Counted from the first letter of the stretch, positions 37,222 to 47,544 are shown. The stretch: 64,000 bases of DNA from Roseburia sp. (GCA_023662875.1 JAMPIG010000002.1:54597-118596); one strand, 5' to 3'. Numbers and translations: made by a program. Notes: generated by a model not told the origin, from the letters alone.

Positions 37222-38607
37222 ATGAGTTTTATGAACAGGGACTTGACCGTAGGAGAACCGGAGAAGGTTTTGTGGCGCTTTTGTCTGCCGCTGTTTGGCA
37301 GCGTTATTTTTCAGCAGCTCTACAATATCGCGGACAGCTTTGTGGTAGGGAAATATGTGGGGGAGAACGCACTGGCGGCGGTGGGGAACAGTTACGAGAT
37401 TACGCTGATCTTTATCGCCTTCGCCTTCGGCTGCAATATCGGCTGTTCGGTGATCGTATCCAGACTTTTCGGGACGAAGGAGTACGGCGAGATGAAGACG
37501 GCGGTATATACCTCGCTGATCGCGACCGGAGCGCTTTGCGTGATTCTGATGTTGTTCGGGATCCTTGGCTGCGGCCGGTTGCTGCAGATAATCAATACGC
37601 CGGACAAGGTATTTGCGGATTCCCTGCTCTACCTTGACATCTATATCTGGGGACTTCCCTTTTTGTTCTTTTATAACGTCTGTACCGGTATCTTCTCCGC
37701 TCTGGGTGATTCGAAAACGCCGTTTTTTTTCCTGGCTGCGTCCTCCCTGGCGAATGTGGGGATGGATATCCTTTTTGTGTGCGCCTTTGATATGGGGGTT
37801 GCGGGAGTCGCCTGGGCGACCTTCCTCTGCCAGGGAGTCAGCTGTATCCTGGCGCTGCTCTTCGTATTGAGGCGGCTGGCGGCGATCCGGACAGAGCGGA
37901 GGGCGGCGGTCTTTTCCTGGAAGCTGTTCCGCAGGATTGCGGTGATTGCGATTCCCAGCATCATGCAGCAAAGCTTTATTTCTGTGGGAAACATTGTGCT
38001 GCAGAGCCTGATCAACGGCTTTGGCCCCGCAGTTATGGCCGGTTACTCCGCGGCGATCAAGCTGAACAACCTGGTGATTACCTCCCTGACGACGCTGGGC
38101 AATGGAATATCTAATTTTACCTCCCAGAATCTGGGTGCCGGGAAGCTTTACCGGGTAAAGCAGGGCTTCCGCGCGGGCGTGAAGATTGTCCTGATGATCT
38201 GTGTCCCCTTCGTCGTCCTTTATCTGGCGGCGGGCCGCTATCTGGTTTACTTGTTTATGGAGGACATTACCGGGACGGCGATTGATACCGGCGTACAGTT
38301 CCTGAAAATTGTTTCGCCCTTCTACCTACTGATTTCGATTAAGCTGGTGGCGGATGGAATCCTGCGGGGAGCGGGGTTGATGGGAAGATTTATGGCGGCG
38401 ACCTTTACCGATCTGATTTTGAGAGTAGTGCTGGCCTTTGTCCTTTCGGCCTCCTTCGGCGTGACGGGAATCTGGAGCGCCTGGCCTCTGGGCTGGATCC
38501 TGGGGATGGCGTTGTCCGTGGCCTTTTATCGGAGCGGCCCCTGGAGGGATGCGGTTGACTCAAAAAGGGAACAAACCATTTCCGGTTCATTCCCTTTCTC
38601 ATCTTAG
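37222..38607 (+). CDS. MATE family efflux transporter
   Basis: QQLYNIADSFVVG, ALGDSKTP and NVGMDILF; about 12 TM segments; start 37222 or 37231. Confidence 0.92.
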   Translation: MSFMNRDLTVGEPEKVLWRFCLPLFGSVIFQQLYNIADSFVVGKYVGENALAAVGNSYEITLIFIAFAFGCNIGCSVIVSRLFGTKEYGEMKTAVYTSLIATGALCVILMLFGILGCGRLLQIINTPDKVFADSLLYLDIYIWGLPFLFFYNVCTGIFSALGDSKTPFFFLAASSLANVGMDILFVCAFDMGVAGVAWATFLCQGVSCILALLFVLRRLAAIRTERRAAVFSWKLFRRIAVIAIPSIMQQSFISVGNIVLQSLINGFGPAVMAGYSAAIKLNNLVITSLTTLGNGISNFTSQNLGAGKLYRVKQGFRAGVKIVLMICVPFVVLYLAAGRYLVYLFMEDITGTAIDTGVQFLKIVSPFYLLISIKLVADGILRGAGLMGRFMAATFTDLILRVVLAFVLSASFGVTGIWSAWPLGWILGMALSVAFYRSGPWRDAVDSKREQTISGSFPFSS

Positions 38608-38793
38608 CCAAAGTACCTGTTCAAAAGTCCCTCGAACGCCGAGGCGTTCGCGATTTAGCCAAAGTACCTGTTCAAAAGCCTCTCAAACGCCGAGGCGTTC
38701 GCGATTTAGCCAAAGTACTTGTTCAAAAGCCCTTCAAACGCCGAGGCGTTTGCGATTTAGCCAAAGTATCTGTTCAGAAGTCCCTCAAACGCC
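38604..38793 (-). repeat. Tandem array of 51-bp units, each a copy of the rubrerythrin 3' end plus a hairpin linker
   Basis: Units start at 38604, 38655, 38706 and 38757; each reads A-F-E-(G/R)-L-L-N-(R/K)-Y-F-G-stop on the minus strand. Confidence 0.95.
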
Positions 38794-39296
38794 TTGCCGT
38801 GTCTCGCCTCATCCCTCGCCATTTCATGTACGGTGTCATGGATCGCATCCAGGCCAAGCTCCTTCGCTCTCTTTGCGAGATCGGTCTTGCCTGCGGTAGC
38901 TCCGTTCTCGGCGTCAACTCTCATCTGCAGGTTCTTCTTGGTGGAATCCGTAACGACCTCACCCAGCAGCTCGGCAAACTTTGCAGCGTGCTCCGCCTCT
39001 TCGTAGGCAGCCTTCTCATAATACATACCAACCTCGGGATAGCCCTCCCGGAAAGCTACTCTTGCCATAGCGAGATACATACCGACCTCGGAGCACTCTC
39101 CGTTAAAGTTATCGCGCAGATCCTTAACGATATCCTCGCGGACGCCCTGCGCAATACCTACAACGTGCTCTGCAGCCCAGGTCTTCTCGCCGGACTGAGC
39201 CGTGAACTTTTCCGCGGGAGCGTGGCAGATCGGGCATTCCGCCGGTGCCGCGTCTCCCTCGTGAACATAACCGCATACCTGACATACATACTTCAT
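38757..39296 (-). CDS. rbr: Reverse rubrerythrin / NADH peroxidase
   Basis: N-terminal rubredoxin CQVCG...CPIC; di-iron motifs EEAEH and DEARH. Confidence 0.93.
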   Translation of the reverse strand: MKYVCQVCGYVHEGDAAPAECPICHAPAEKFTAQSGEKTWAAEHVVGIAQGVREDIVKDLRDNFNGECSEVGMYLAMARVAFREGYPEVGMYYEKAAYEEAEHAAKFAELLGEVVTDSTKKNLQMRVDAENGATAGKTDLAKRAKELGLDAIHDTVHEMARDEARHGKAFEGLLNRYFG

Positions 39297-39324
39297 AACA
39301 GTTCTCCTTTTCTTTTATAAAATT

Positions 39325-39729
39325 TTAAAGCTTAGAAAGCTTTTTTGACATCATGCAATGCCGACAGACGCCGTAAAAATAAGTGACATGTCCGTCAATT
39401 CGTCCGTCGAAGCCGTCGCCCGCGGTCTCTGTCAGCTCTTCGATACTGTTTATTTTTAAATCCGAGACGCCGCCGCATTCCGTACAGAGAAAATGATAGT
39501 GAGGGGAGGTATCGGCGTCGAAATGGTCTACGCCGTCACCCAGCCGCAGCCGGTTGATCTCTCCGAGATCCGCCAGCAGAGTGAGATTGCGGTAGACTGT
39601 ACCCAGGCTGATATTCGGATTTTGCTGCCGCACATTCCGATAGACCGTATCCGCGGTGGGATGATCCTTTCGGGTCAGCAGAAATTCCTTAATCATTTCC
39701 CGCTGCCTGCTGTATTTTCGAGTAGCCAA
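39325..39729 (-). CDS. perR: Fur family peroxide-stress repressor
   Basis: HPTADTVY, HFDA, HYHFLCTECG and GVCRHC; TTG start with GGAAGGAGA RBS; directly upstream of rbr. Confidence 0.85.
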   Translation of the reverse strand: MATRKYSRQREMIKEFLLTRKDHPTADTVYRNVRQQNPNISLGTVYRNLTLLADLGEINRLRLGDGVDHFDADTSPHYHFLCTECGGVSDLKINSIEELTETAGDGFDGRIDGHVTYFYGVCRHCMMSKKLSKL

Positions 39730-39743
39730 ATCAGTCTCCTTCC

Positions 39744-39795
39744 AAAACAGTAACGATTACTGTTTTTATTATAATAATTTCAAGTAAAATGTCAA
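39744..39795 (-). promoter_or_regulatory. perR promoter with Per/Fur-type operator
   Basis: Perfect 10-3-10 palindrome AAAACAGTAA-CGA-TTACTGTTTT (39744-39766) just downstream of TTGACA-N16-TATAAT (39795-39768, minus strand). Confidence 0.8.
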
Positions 39796-39906
39796 TAGCT
39801 TTTGCAAGGGAAATGCAGATTTCAAGCAGAACTTTACAGTTCGCCCAAAATCGTGTAAAATAGAGAGCAAATCGGCGCTTCGGGCGTCAGAAAAGAGGAA
39901 AATAGT

Positions 39907-41580
39907 ATGAAATTTAAGGATATGCCTTACGAGAGAGTGGACTTCGAGCAGGTGGAGAAGGAATTGAACGGCCTGATGGAGGAGTTCGACGCGGCAAAGA
40001 GCGGCGAGGAGCAGTTTGCGGTGCATCAGAAATTTTATGAGCTGAGCGACAGGGTGGGAACCCTGTTTACCATCGCGCACATCCGCTTTGACATCGATAC
40101 CACGGACGAGTTCTATGAGAAGGAGCATGAGTATTACGACGAAAAGCTGCCTCTGTATCGCAATATGGTGCTGGCCTATGAGAAAAAGCTTTACGATTCG
40201 CCCTACAGGGAGTACCTGGTGAGCAAGATAGGGCCGGTAGCCTTTAAGAATATGGAGATCGCCCAGAAGGCTATGAACGAGAAGCTGATCCCCCTGATGC
40301 AGGAGGAGAACGCGCTTACTATGGAATACGATAAGCTGATCGCGGGGGCGAAGATTCATTTTGACGGCAAGGAGCTGAACCTGTCCCTGCTGCGCCCTTA
40401 CATGGTGAATCCTGACAGGAGTGTCAGAGAGGCTGCCTACAAGGAGTTCAGCGCCTTTTTTGAGGCGAACGCAGAGAAGCTGGACGAGATTTACGATAAG
40501 CTGGTGAAAAACCGCACGGCCCAGGCGAGGACGATGGGGTACAAAAATTATTTGGAATTGGGTTACTATCGGATGGGCCGCAACTGCTACGGTCAGAAAG
40601 AGGTGGAGGCGTTCAGGGAGCAGGTGAAGAAGGATTTCGTTCCCTTTGCGGAGGAGCTTCACGAGCGCAGAAGACAACGTCTGGGGCTGGATAAGCTGAA
40701 ATTTATCGACAATGCGGTATACTTTAAAGAAGGAAATCCCGCGCCCTTCGGAACTCCGGAGGAGATTCTGGCGGCGGGGCAGAAGATGTACGGGGAGCTT
40801 TCTCCCGAGACGAAGGAATTTATGGACTTCATGATGGAGAACGAGCTGTTCGACGTGCTGGGCCGCAAGACGAAGAGGGCGGGAGGATATATGACATACA
40901 TGCCGGTTTACAATTCTCCCTTCGTGTTTGCAAACTTTAACGGGACCAGCGGGGATGTGGACGTGATCACTCACGAGTGCGGCCACGCGTTCCAGGGCTA
41001 TCTGTCCGGCAAGGATCCGATCCGGGAGCATTCCGATATCGGTATGGAGACGGCGGAGATTCATTCCATGTCGATGGAGTTTTTCACGCAGGGGTGGATG
41101 GAGATGTTCTTCGGCGACAGGGCGCAGGACTATATCGAGATGCATCTGGAGGATTCCGCGGCGTTCATCCCTTACGGCTGCATGGTGGACGAGTTCCAGC
41201 ATATCATCTATGAGAACCCGGAAATGACGCCTGCGGAGCGTCACGCGGCGTGGCTGAAGCTGGAGAAGGAGTACAGGCCGCACATGGATTACGGCGACGA
41301 CAAGTTCTTCGGCAAGGGCGGCTACTGGCAGAGGCAGGCGCATATTTACGATTCGCCGCTTTACTATATCGACTATTGTCTGGCGCAGACCTGCGCCCTG
41401 CAGTACAAGGTGAAGATGGACGAGGACTACAAAGCGGCGTGGGAGAGCTATTTGAAGCTCTGCAAGCTTTCCGCCAGCGATTTCTTCACCAACATGATCC
41501 GGGAGGTCGGTCTGGATAATCCGTTTGAACCCGGATGCATGAAAAATATTGTGGAAAAACTTGAAAAATATGTGAAATAA
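39907..41580 (+). CDS. M3 family oligoendopeptidase
   Basis: HECGH zinc motif, AEIHSMSME, HIY...YYIDY. Confidence 0.92.
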   Translation: MKFKDMPYERVDFEQVEKELNGLMEEFDAAKSGEEQFAVHQKFYELSDRVGTLFTIAHIRFDIDTTDEFYEKEHEYYDEKLPLYRNMVLAYEKKLYDSPYREYLVSKIGPVAFKNMEIAQKAMNEKLIPLMQEENALTMEYDKLIAGAKIHFDGKELNLSLLRPYMVNPDRSVREAAYKEFSAFFEANAEKLDEIYDKLVKNRTAQARTMGYKNYLELGYYRMGRNCYGQKEVEAFREQVKKDFVPFAEELHERRRQRLGLDKLKFIDNAVYFKEGNPAPFGTPEEILAAGQKMYGELSPETKEFMDFMMENELFDVLGRKTKRAGGYMTYMPVYNSPFVFANFNGTSGDVDVITHECGHAFQGYLSGKDPIREHSDIGMETAEIHSMSMEFFTQGWMEMFFGDRAQDYIEMHLEDSAAFIPYGCMVDEFQHIIYENPEMTPAERHAAWLKLEKEYRPHMDYGDDKFFGKGGYWQRQAHIYDSPLYYIDYCLAQTCALQYKVKMDEDYKAAWESYLKLCKLSASDFFTNMIREVGLDNPFEPGCMKNIVEKLEKYVK

Positions 41581-41646
41581 CTTGCGCAAGGGTTGAGGCG
41601 TGCGGTATAATGAATCCCATGTAAGTATGGAAGGAGACGTTTTTTA

Positions 41647-43248
41647 ATGTCTAAGAAGGTTACGGAGAACAAAGAAGAAAAAAAGCAGGAGAAGGTTATG
41701 ACCCGATATGACCAGAAGCTGCAGAGAAGAGCCGAGGAGGCGAAAAAGGCGGAGCAGGAGAAGCGGATGAGCACAATCGGCGGGATTTTGATTGTGGCGG
41801 CGCTGGCCTGTCTTGTGGCAAGCTTCCCGATCCGCACCTGGCTCACGGTAAACGGAACCTACATTAAGGTAGGGGGAGAAAGTATCTCCAAGCTGGAGTT
41901 TGATTACAATTATAACATTGTAAAAAACAATTATATCTCTCAGAACGGATATTATCTCAGTATGTTCGGGCTGGATTTGAGCGGCGATCTTTCCGGGCAG
42001 ATGTACTCGGATACGATGACCTGGCAGGATTTCTTCGAGCAGATGGCGGTAGACAGTATCTCCGGCGATATAGCGCTGAGGGATCAGGCGAAGGCGGCGG
42101 GCTTTACCTATGACGTCACGCAGGACTATAAGGAATATCTGGAAACCCTGAAAAACGCGGCGGCGGAAGCGGGATCGACTGTGAAGGACTACTATAAGGA
42201 ATGCTACGGGCCTTATGCTACGGCTTCGCGGTTGAAGGGGCTGATCTGCGAGTCCCTGGAGACCGCCGCCTATTACGGTCAGCTCACGGAGGAGAAGGCT
42301 CCGGGCGATGAGGAGATCGAAGCGTATTACGAGGAGAATAAGGATAGCTATGACTCCGTTGACTATCGCCTGATCACGGTCAATGCTGAGCTTCCTACAG
42401 AGCCCACGGAGCTGGCGGATCCCGTAGAGACCGAGGAAGGCGCGGAGGGAGAAGAGACGGATACCGAGGCGGCATATGAGCCCTCCGAGGCTGAGATTGC
42501 GTTTGCCATGACGGTAGCGCAGAAGGAGGCAGAGAGCGCGCTGGAAACGATTTCCACAGAGGGCGAGCTGCGGGAGAATGTTCTTCGCTCCAGCGTCGTG
42601 AGCCAGCTGAGGGACTGGATGTTTGACAGCGAGAGGAAGGCCGGAGATACGACGGTTGTAGAGAACGAGACAAGCCATCTTTATTATGCGGTTGAATTCG
42701 TAAAGCGTTATCGGGACGAGACCCCCTCCCAGGATGCTAGGATTATCCTTGTAGCGTCTGACGCGGCGGTGCGCGAGGACGCGATTCTGGAAGAGTGGAA
42801 GAGCGGCGAGGCGACGGAGGACAGCTTTGCGGAGATTGCGGACAAGTACGGTTCAGAAATTTCTACGGCCGAAGGCGGACTGTATGAGGGATTGCTTCCC
42901 TCCAACGTATCGGAGGAGCTGGGGAGTTGGCTGAGCGACAGCGCCCGGGTAAAGGGAGATACCGCGGCGATCACGGGAGCGGAGGGAACCACGTCCTATG
43001 TGGTCTATTATGTGGGGCAAAACGATCCTCAGTGGAAGATGAATATCGAAAGTCTTTTGCTGCAGCAGACGATGAGCGATTATATGGAGGAGATTCAGGC
43101 AGGCTATCAGGTAGAGGATCCGAAGGGAAATCTTAACTACCTGAAGGTGCAGGAGGCGTTGGCGGCGGCTTCTGACGACGAGGGAGAAGACGGCGAAAGC
43201 GAAGGGAACGACGCGGCTTCTGACGGCGGAGAAGGCAGCGGAGAGTAA
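41647..43248 (+). CDS. PrsA/SurA-like peptidyl-prolyl isomerase foldase
   Basis: Single TM after a basic N-terminus; parvulin-like SFAEIADKYG...EGGLY; acidic tail. Confidence 0.75.
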   Translation: MSKKVTENKEEKKQEKVMTRYDQKLQRRAEEAKKAEQEKRMSTIGGILIVAALACLVASFPIRTWLTVNGTYIKVGGESISKLEFDYNYNIVKNNYISQNGYYLSMFGLDLSGDLSGQMYSDTMTWQDFFEQMAVDSISGDIALRDQAKAAGFTYDVTQDYKEYLETLKNAAAEAGSTVKDYYKECYGPYATASRLKGLICESLETAAYYGQLTEEKAPGDEEIEAYYEENKDSYDSVDYRLITVNAELPTEPTELADPVETEEGAEGEETDTEAAYEPSEAEIAFAMTVAQKEAESALETISTEGELRENVLRSSVVSQLRDWMFDSERKAGDTTVVENETSHLYYAVEFVKRYRDETPSQDARIILVASDAAVREDAILEEWKSGEATEDSFAEIADKYGSEISTAEGGLYEGLLPSNVSEELGSWLSDSARVKGDTAAITGAEGTTSYVVYYVGQNDPQWKMNIESLLLQQTMSDYMEEIQAGYQVEDPKGNLNYLKVQEALAAASDDEGEDGESEGNDAASDGGEGSGE

Positions 43249-43269
43249 CGCGAAAAATAACGGTCACGG

Positions 43270-43300
43270 AGGGCGGTGGGATTTCTCACCGCCCTTTCTA
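43270..43300 (+). terminator. Intrinsic terminator
   Basis: AGGGCGGTG / CACCGCCCT stem followed by TTCT. Confidence 0.6.
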
Positions 43301-43330
43301 CCCGGACAAGTTTGTACCAATTGTTCTTGG

Positions 43331-43409
43331 CAATAGAATTTAGACAATAGAATCGTCCATCGATTCTATTGTAGAACTTGGATAATAGAAATTACGAAGT
43401 AATTTCTAT
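43331..43409. repeat. Cluster of AT-rich perfect palindromes
   Basis: ACAATAGAATCG-TCCAT-CGATTCTATTGT (43344-43372) and ATAGAAATTAC-GAA-GTAATTTCTAT (43385-43409). Confidence 0.8.
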
Positions 43410-43536
43410 GTGCAACCAGCGGCATGGCGGGAATTGTTTGTATCAGCTATGCCGACATGAAGGGAAGCGCGGGCGGAGAGAGACTTGATACACACCGTTA
43501 TCAACGGCGGCGATTTTGACGGAAGGAAAACAAAAA

Positions 43537-44880
43537 GTGAGCGATATCTGGATAAAGATACCGGATGGGGCAAACTATATAATCGAAACGCTTCAGAGCG
43601 CGGGATTCGAGGCCTACGCGGTGGGAGGGTGCGTCCGGGATTCCGTCCTGGGCCGGGAGCCGCAGGATTGGGATATCACGACCTCCGCCAGACCGGAGCA
43701 GGTCAAGGCCCTTTTTCCCTATACTGTCGACACGGGGCTGCAGCACGGGACGGTGACGGTTCTTCGGGAGAGAGTGGGATACGAGGTTACGACCTACCGT
43801 ATCGACGGCGTTTACGAGGACGGCAGGCATCCGAAAGAGGTCACCTTTACCCCCAGCCTGAGAGAGGATCTGAGGCGGCGGGACTTTACCATAAACGCTA
43901 TGGCCTATAATGACAGAGCGGGGCTGATCGATATCTTCGGCGGGATGGAGGATATTCGGGAGGGTATCATCCGCTGCGTGGGGAGCGCCAGGGAGCGTTT
44001 TGGCGAGGACGCGCTGCGGATGCTGCGGGCGATCCGCTTTTCCGCCCAGCTGGGCTACCGTATCGACGGGGAAGCGCTGGAAGGGATCCGGCAGCTTGCG
44101 TCTGCGCTGCGCAATATCAGCGCGGAACGGATTCAGGCGGAGCTGGTAAAGATTCTGACGTCGCCGCATCCGGATCGGCTCCGGGAGGCGTATTGGCTGG
44201 GGATCACAAAGATTTTTCTGCCGGAGTTCGACCGGGCGATGGAGACGGAGCAGAACCATCCCCACCATAAATACAGCGTCGGGGAGCATATCCTGCAGTC
44301 AATGCTGGCGGTGCGGGCGGATCGGATCCTGCGTCTGACGATGCTGCTGCATGATATCGGCAAGCCTGCAGTCAGGACGGTGGACGACGATGGCATCACG
44401 CATTTCTACGACCACGCGGCGGTCAGCGCGGAGCTTGCCAGGAAGATTCTGCGCAGACTGAAATTTGACAATGAGACGACAGCGAGGGTGTGCAGGCTGG
44501 TGATGTACCACGATTACGGGAACAGCGTGGATCCCACCATGCGGATTCTGCGCCGTGCCCTGAACAGGATCGGAGAGGACGCCTTCCCGGCGCTCTTTGA
44601 GGTAAAGCGGGCGGATCTTGCCGCCCAGAGCGACTATCTGCGCGAGGAGAAGCAGGAGAGGCTTAAAAATTGGGAAGAGATGTATGAGGAAGTACAAAGA
44701 CAGAAGCAGTGCGTGAGCCTGAAGACCCTTGCTGTTTCCGGTTCGGATCTGATCGCGGCGGGAATGAAGCCCGGGCGGGAGCTGGGAGCGGTGCTGCAGG
44801 GGCTGCTGGAGCTGGTGCTGGAGGAGCCGTCCCGGAATACCCGGGAGGAACTGCTGGAGGAAGCGGCAAAAATGATGTGA
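43537..44880 (+). CDS. cca: CCA tRNA nucleotidyltransferase with HD domain
   Basis: VGGCVRD, DWDITT, EDLRRRDFTINAMA, EDALRMLRAIRF and LLHDIGKP; GTG start at 43537. Confidence 0.93.
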   Translation: MSDIWIKIPDGANYIIETLQSAGFEAYAVGGCVRDSVLGREPQDWDITTSARPEQVKALFPYTVDTGLQHGTVTVLRERVGYEVTTYRIDGVYEDGRHPKEVTFTPSLREDLRRRDFTINAMAYNDRAGLIDIFGGMEDIREGIIRCVGSARERFGEDALRMLRAIRFSAQLGYRIDGEALEGIRQLASALRNISAERIQAELVKILTSPHPDRLREAYWLGITKIFLPEFDRAMETEQNHPHHKYSVGEHILQSMLAVRADRILRLTMLLHDIGKPAVRTVDDDGITHFYDHAAVSAELARKILRRLKFDNETTARVCRLVMYHDYGNSVDPTMRILRRALNRIGEDAFPALFEVKRADLAAQSDYLREEKQERLKNWEEMYEEVQRQKQCVSLKTLAVSGSDLIAAGMKPGRELGAVLQGLLELVLEEPSRNTREELLEEAAKMM

Positions 44881-44956
44881 AGCTGGCCTTCATACTTTTC
44901 CGCCCCCCTTCATATGATAGATTAGGTCGGATTCAGGACTATCAGGAGGGGCGGCA

Positions 44957-45946
44957 GTGAACGACAGGGCGGTGGAATTACTGGAACAGTATGATATAGA
45001 GGTGCTTCGAACCAGAAAGGGGCGGGGAACCCTGATCTGCGACACGGATCAGGGCAGCCTGGTTCTGAAGGAATATACCGGTAACAGTGAGCGTATAGAG
45101 CTGCAGAACAGGCTGCTGCAGGCGATCGAGGCGGGAGGCGCTGTGCAGGCGGAGCGAATTATCCCCACCCGGGAGGGAAGCCTTCTGGCGCGGGAAGGGG
45201 ACGGCACCGCGTATGTGCTGAAAACCTGGCGGGACGGCAGAGAGTGCAATATTCAGGATCGGGGAGAATGCGTACAGGCGGTAAGGCTTCTGGCAAAGCT
45301 GCACGGATACCTGGAGCTTCCGGCGGATACGCCGGGACTTCCCGCGGCTTTTTCCCCGGAAAAGGAATATGAGAAGCACAATCGGGAAATCCGGAGGGTG
45401 AGAAAGTTTCTGAAGCAGAAGGGGCAGAAGCAGCAGTTTGAGATCAGCCTGCTGGGGGCCTGCGACTATTTTCTGGAGCAGGCGCTGGAGGTGACGGAGG
45501 ACTGGAAGCAGTACAGCGCCGCCTTCCGGAAGGAACAGGAGCGGGCGGAGACGATAACCTTCTGCCACGGCGACTATCAATATCACAATATCCTGATGGG
45601 GACAGAAGGCTGGTTTATCGTCAACTTCGAGAAGTGCCTGTCGGACGATCCCGTCAGAGATTTATATTTGCTGCTGCGGAAGCTGTTGGAGAAGGGGAAC
45701 TGGTCCGTAGCGCTCGGGAAGGAGCTGCTTAAGGCTTACGAGAGAGAGCGGCCCGTACCGGCGAGAAGCAGGGTGGATCTTTATTATCGGCTGGCTTATC
45801 CGGAGAAGTTCTGGAAGATAGTAAATTTTTATTATAACTCCGGAAAGGCCTGGATTCCCGGGAAAAACCAGGAGAAGCTGGAGAAGCTGATCGCGCAGGA
45901 AAAGGAGAAGCAGCGTTTTCTGGAGGAGGTATTCCGGGAGCTGTAA
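44957..45946 (+). CDS. CotS family spore coat kinase-like protein
   Basis: CHGDYQYHNIL, NFEK and YPEKFWKIVNFYYNS. Confidence 0.85.
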   Translation: MNDRAVELLEQYDIEVLRTRKGRGTLICDTDQGSLVLKEYTGNSERIELQNRLLQAIEAGGAVQAERIIPTREGSLLAREGDGTAYVLKTWRDGRECNIQDRGECVQAVRLLAKLHGYLELPADTPGLPAAFSPEKEYEKHNREIRRVRKFLKQKGQKQQFEISLLGACDYFLEQALEVTEDWKQYSAAFRKEQERAETITFCHGDYQYHNILMGTEGWFIVNFEKCLSDDPVRDLYLLLRKLLEKGNWSVALGKELLKAYERERPVPARSRVDLYYRLAYPEKFWKIVNFYYNSGKAWIPGKNQEKLEKLIAQEKEKQRFLEEVFREL

Positions 45947-46072
45947 GCATATGTACGGCAGAATATTAGAAAAGGTTCTTACAGAGGGCTGCTGACGGGT
46001 CAGGCGACTGTGCCTGCAAAGAATGGATAACGCGGGATTCGTAAGAGGCGAGGATGCGCAAGGGGGTATCAG

Positions 46073-47425
46073 GTGACGGACAAAAGAGAGAAACGAAGAG
46101 ATAGGGTAAGAATCGGGCTGCTGGCATCTCTGGCCGCCGTATTTTTGACGGCCTGTCAGGGGACGCCCTGGCAGGGACGGGAAAACGCGGCGGAGACGCC
46201 GCCGTCCTCTCAGGAAAGAATCGAGACGGGCTTCGTCGTCACGGGCCCGGAGAGCTATGACTCGGCGGATACGGCGATTCTGGTGGACAGAGACCGGCAG
46301 GAGGGAACGCTTACCTTCCTGAATCTGGAGCTGGGGAAGCGCTACACCCTGTCGGCGGACGGTACTACAGGATTTTACGATAAGTATCGGGAGAGCATCT
46401 CTCTTTCCCAGGTTGCTTTGGGGGATATTGTGGATGTGACCTTTCTGAAGGAGAAGAAGCATCTGACGACGCTGCAGCTTTCCCCTTCGGCCTGGAGCTA
46501 TGCGGGGGTGGAGAATTATGAGTTCAATACCGTGCGCGGGGAGGTAAGCATTGGCTCGGAGGTCTATAAGCTGACCTCCAACACGCAGTATTTCTCCGAG
46601 GACAGGAGCATCGACAGCATGGATTTGAACGCGGCGGACGTCCTGGGCTTTCAGGGAATCGGCAGTCAGATTCTGACGGTGAAGGTGGAAAAGGGGCACG
46701 GCTATCTGCGGCTGGTGAACGATGAAAACTTTGTCGGGGGCTGGATTGAAATCGGACAGACCCTGATCCAGAGAATTACGGAGGACATGCTCCTGCTGGT
46801 GCCGGAGGGCAGCTATCAGGTCAGTATCAGCAACAGGGGCGGAGGCGGAGTGAAGAGCGTGATTATCAACCGGAACGAGGAGACCGCCCTGGATATCGGG
46901 GATCTGGAAGTACCGGAGCCTCAGTACGGAACGGTTTTGTTTTCCACGGATCCTTCCTCCACTGAGATTTATATTGACGGCTCTAAAATCGATACCTCGG
47001 GCCCGGCGGAGCTGCTGTACGGGATTCACCAGATGATCGCCAGGGCGGATGGCTATCAGTCCATCACCCAGTATATCCGGGTTGCCCAGGAAACCCTGGC
47101 GATCAATGTGGCTTTGGATCCCAACCGGGACACGGAGGAAAGCTCTTCCGCCTCCTCCTCTTCCGCGGCTACGACGACGGATTACTATAAGGTATATGTG
47201 GACGCGCCGGAGGGCGCGGAGGTTTACCTGGACGGCAATTATGTGGGAATCTCGCCCTGCAGCTTCCGCAAGACGGAGGGAACCCATGTCATCACGCTCC
47301 GCAAGTCCGGCTATGAAACCAGGAGCTATTCCGTACAGATCGACAGCGAGGAGAAGGATATTTCCTACTCCTTTGCGGATTTGGTATACAGCGGGACGGT
47401 ATCCAATAACAGCGCGCAGAACTGA
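46073..47425 (+). CDS. PEGA domain lipoprotein
   Basis: Lipobox FLTAC; PEGA-like repeats (STDPSSTEIYIDG, DAPEGAEVYLDGNYVG). Confidence 0.82.
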   Translation: MTDKREKRRDRVRIGLLASLAAVFLTACQGTPWQGRENAAETPPSSQERIETGFVVTGPESYDSADTAILVDRDRQEGTLTFLNLELGKRYTLSADGTTGFYDKYRESISLSQVALGDIVDVTFLKEKKHLTTLQLSPSAWSYAGVENYEFNTVRGEVSIGSEVYKLTSNTQYFSEDRSIDSMDLNAADVLGFQGIGSQILTVKVEKGHGYLRLVNDENFVGGWIEIGQTLIQRITEDMLLLVPEGSYQVSISNRGGGGVKSVIINRNEETALDIGDLEVPEPQYGTVLFSTDPSSTEIYIDGSKIDTSGPAELLYGIHQMIARADGYQSITQYIRVAQETLAINVALDPNRDTEESSSASSSSAATTTDYYKVYVDAPEGAEVYLDGNYVGISPCSFRKTEGTHVITLRKSGYETRSYSVQIDSEEKDISYSFADLVYSGTVSNNSAQN

Positions 47426-47515
47426 GATGGGCGCGCCGGACTGGGCAGGATGTAGCGAATCGGATGCCGTTTGGTCAAAAACCTTTGAAATATCAATAAG
47501 AATGGGGAAAATACC

Positions 47516-47544
47516 TTGACAAACCGTGTGAAACCAGATATAAA
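47516..47544 (+). promoter_or_regulatory. Sigma-A promoter of the HU gene
   Basis: TTGACA-N17-TATAAA. Confidence 0.75.

Noticed and set aside
38604-38793. CRISPR array (regular period with palindromic elements)
   Set aside because: The would-be spacers are near-identical copies of the rbr 3' end rather than unique sequences, and there are no cas genes
38549-38899. 116-aa plus-strand ORF with SQSTCSK repeats
   Set aside because: It is a by-product of the 51-bp period on the antisense strand of rbr and has no convincing RBS
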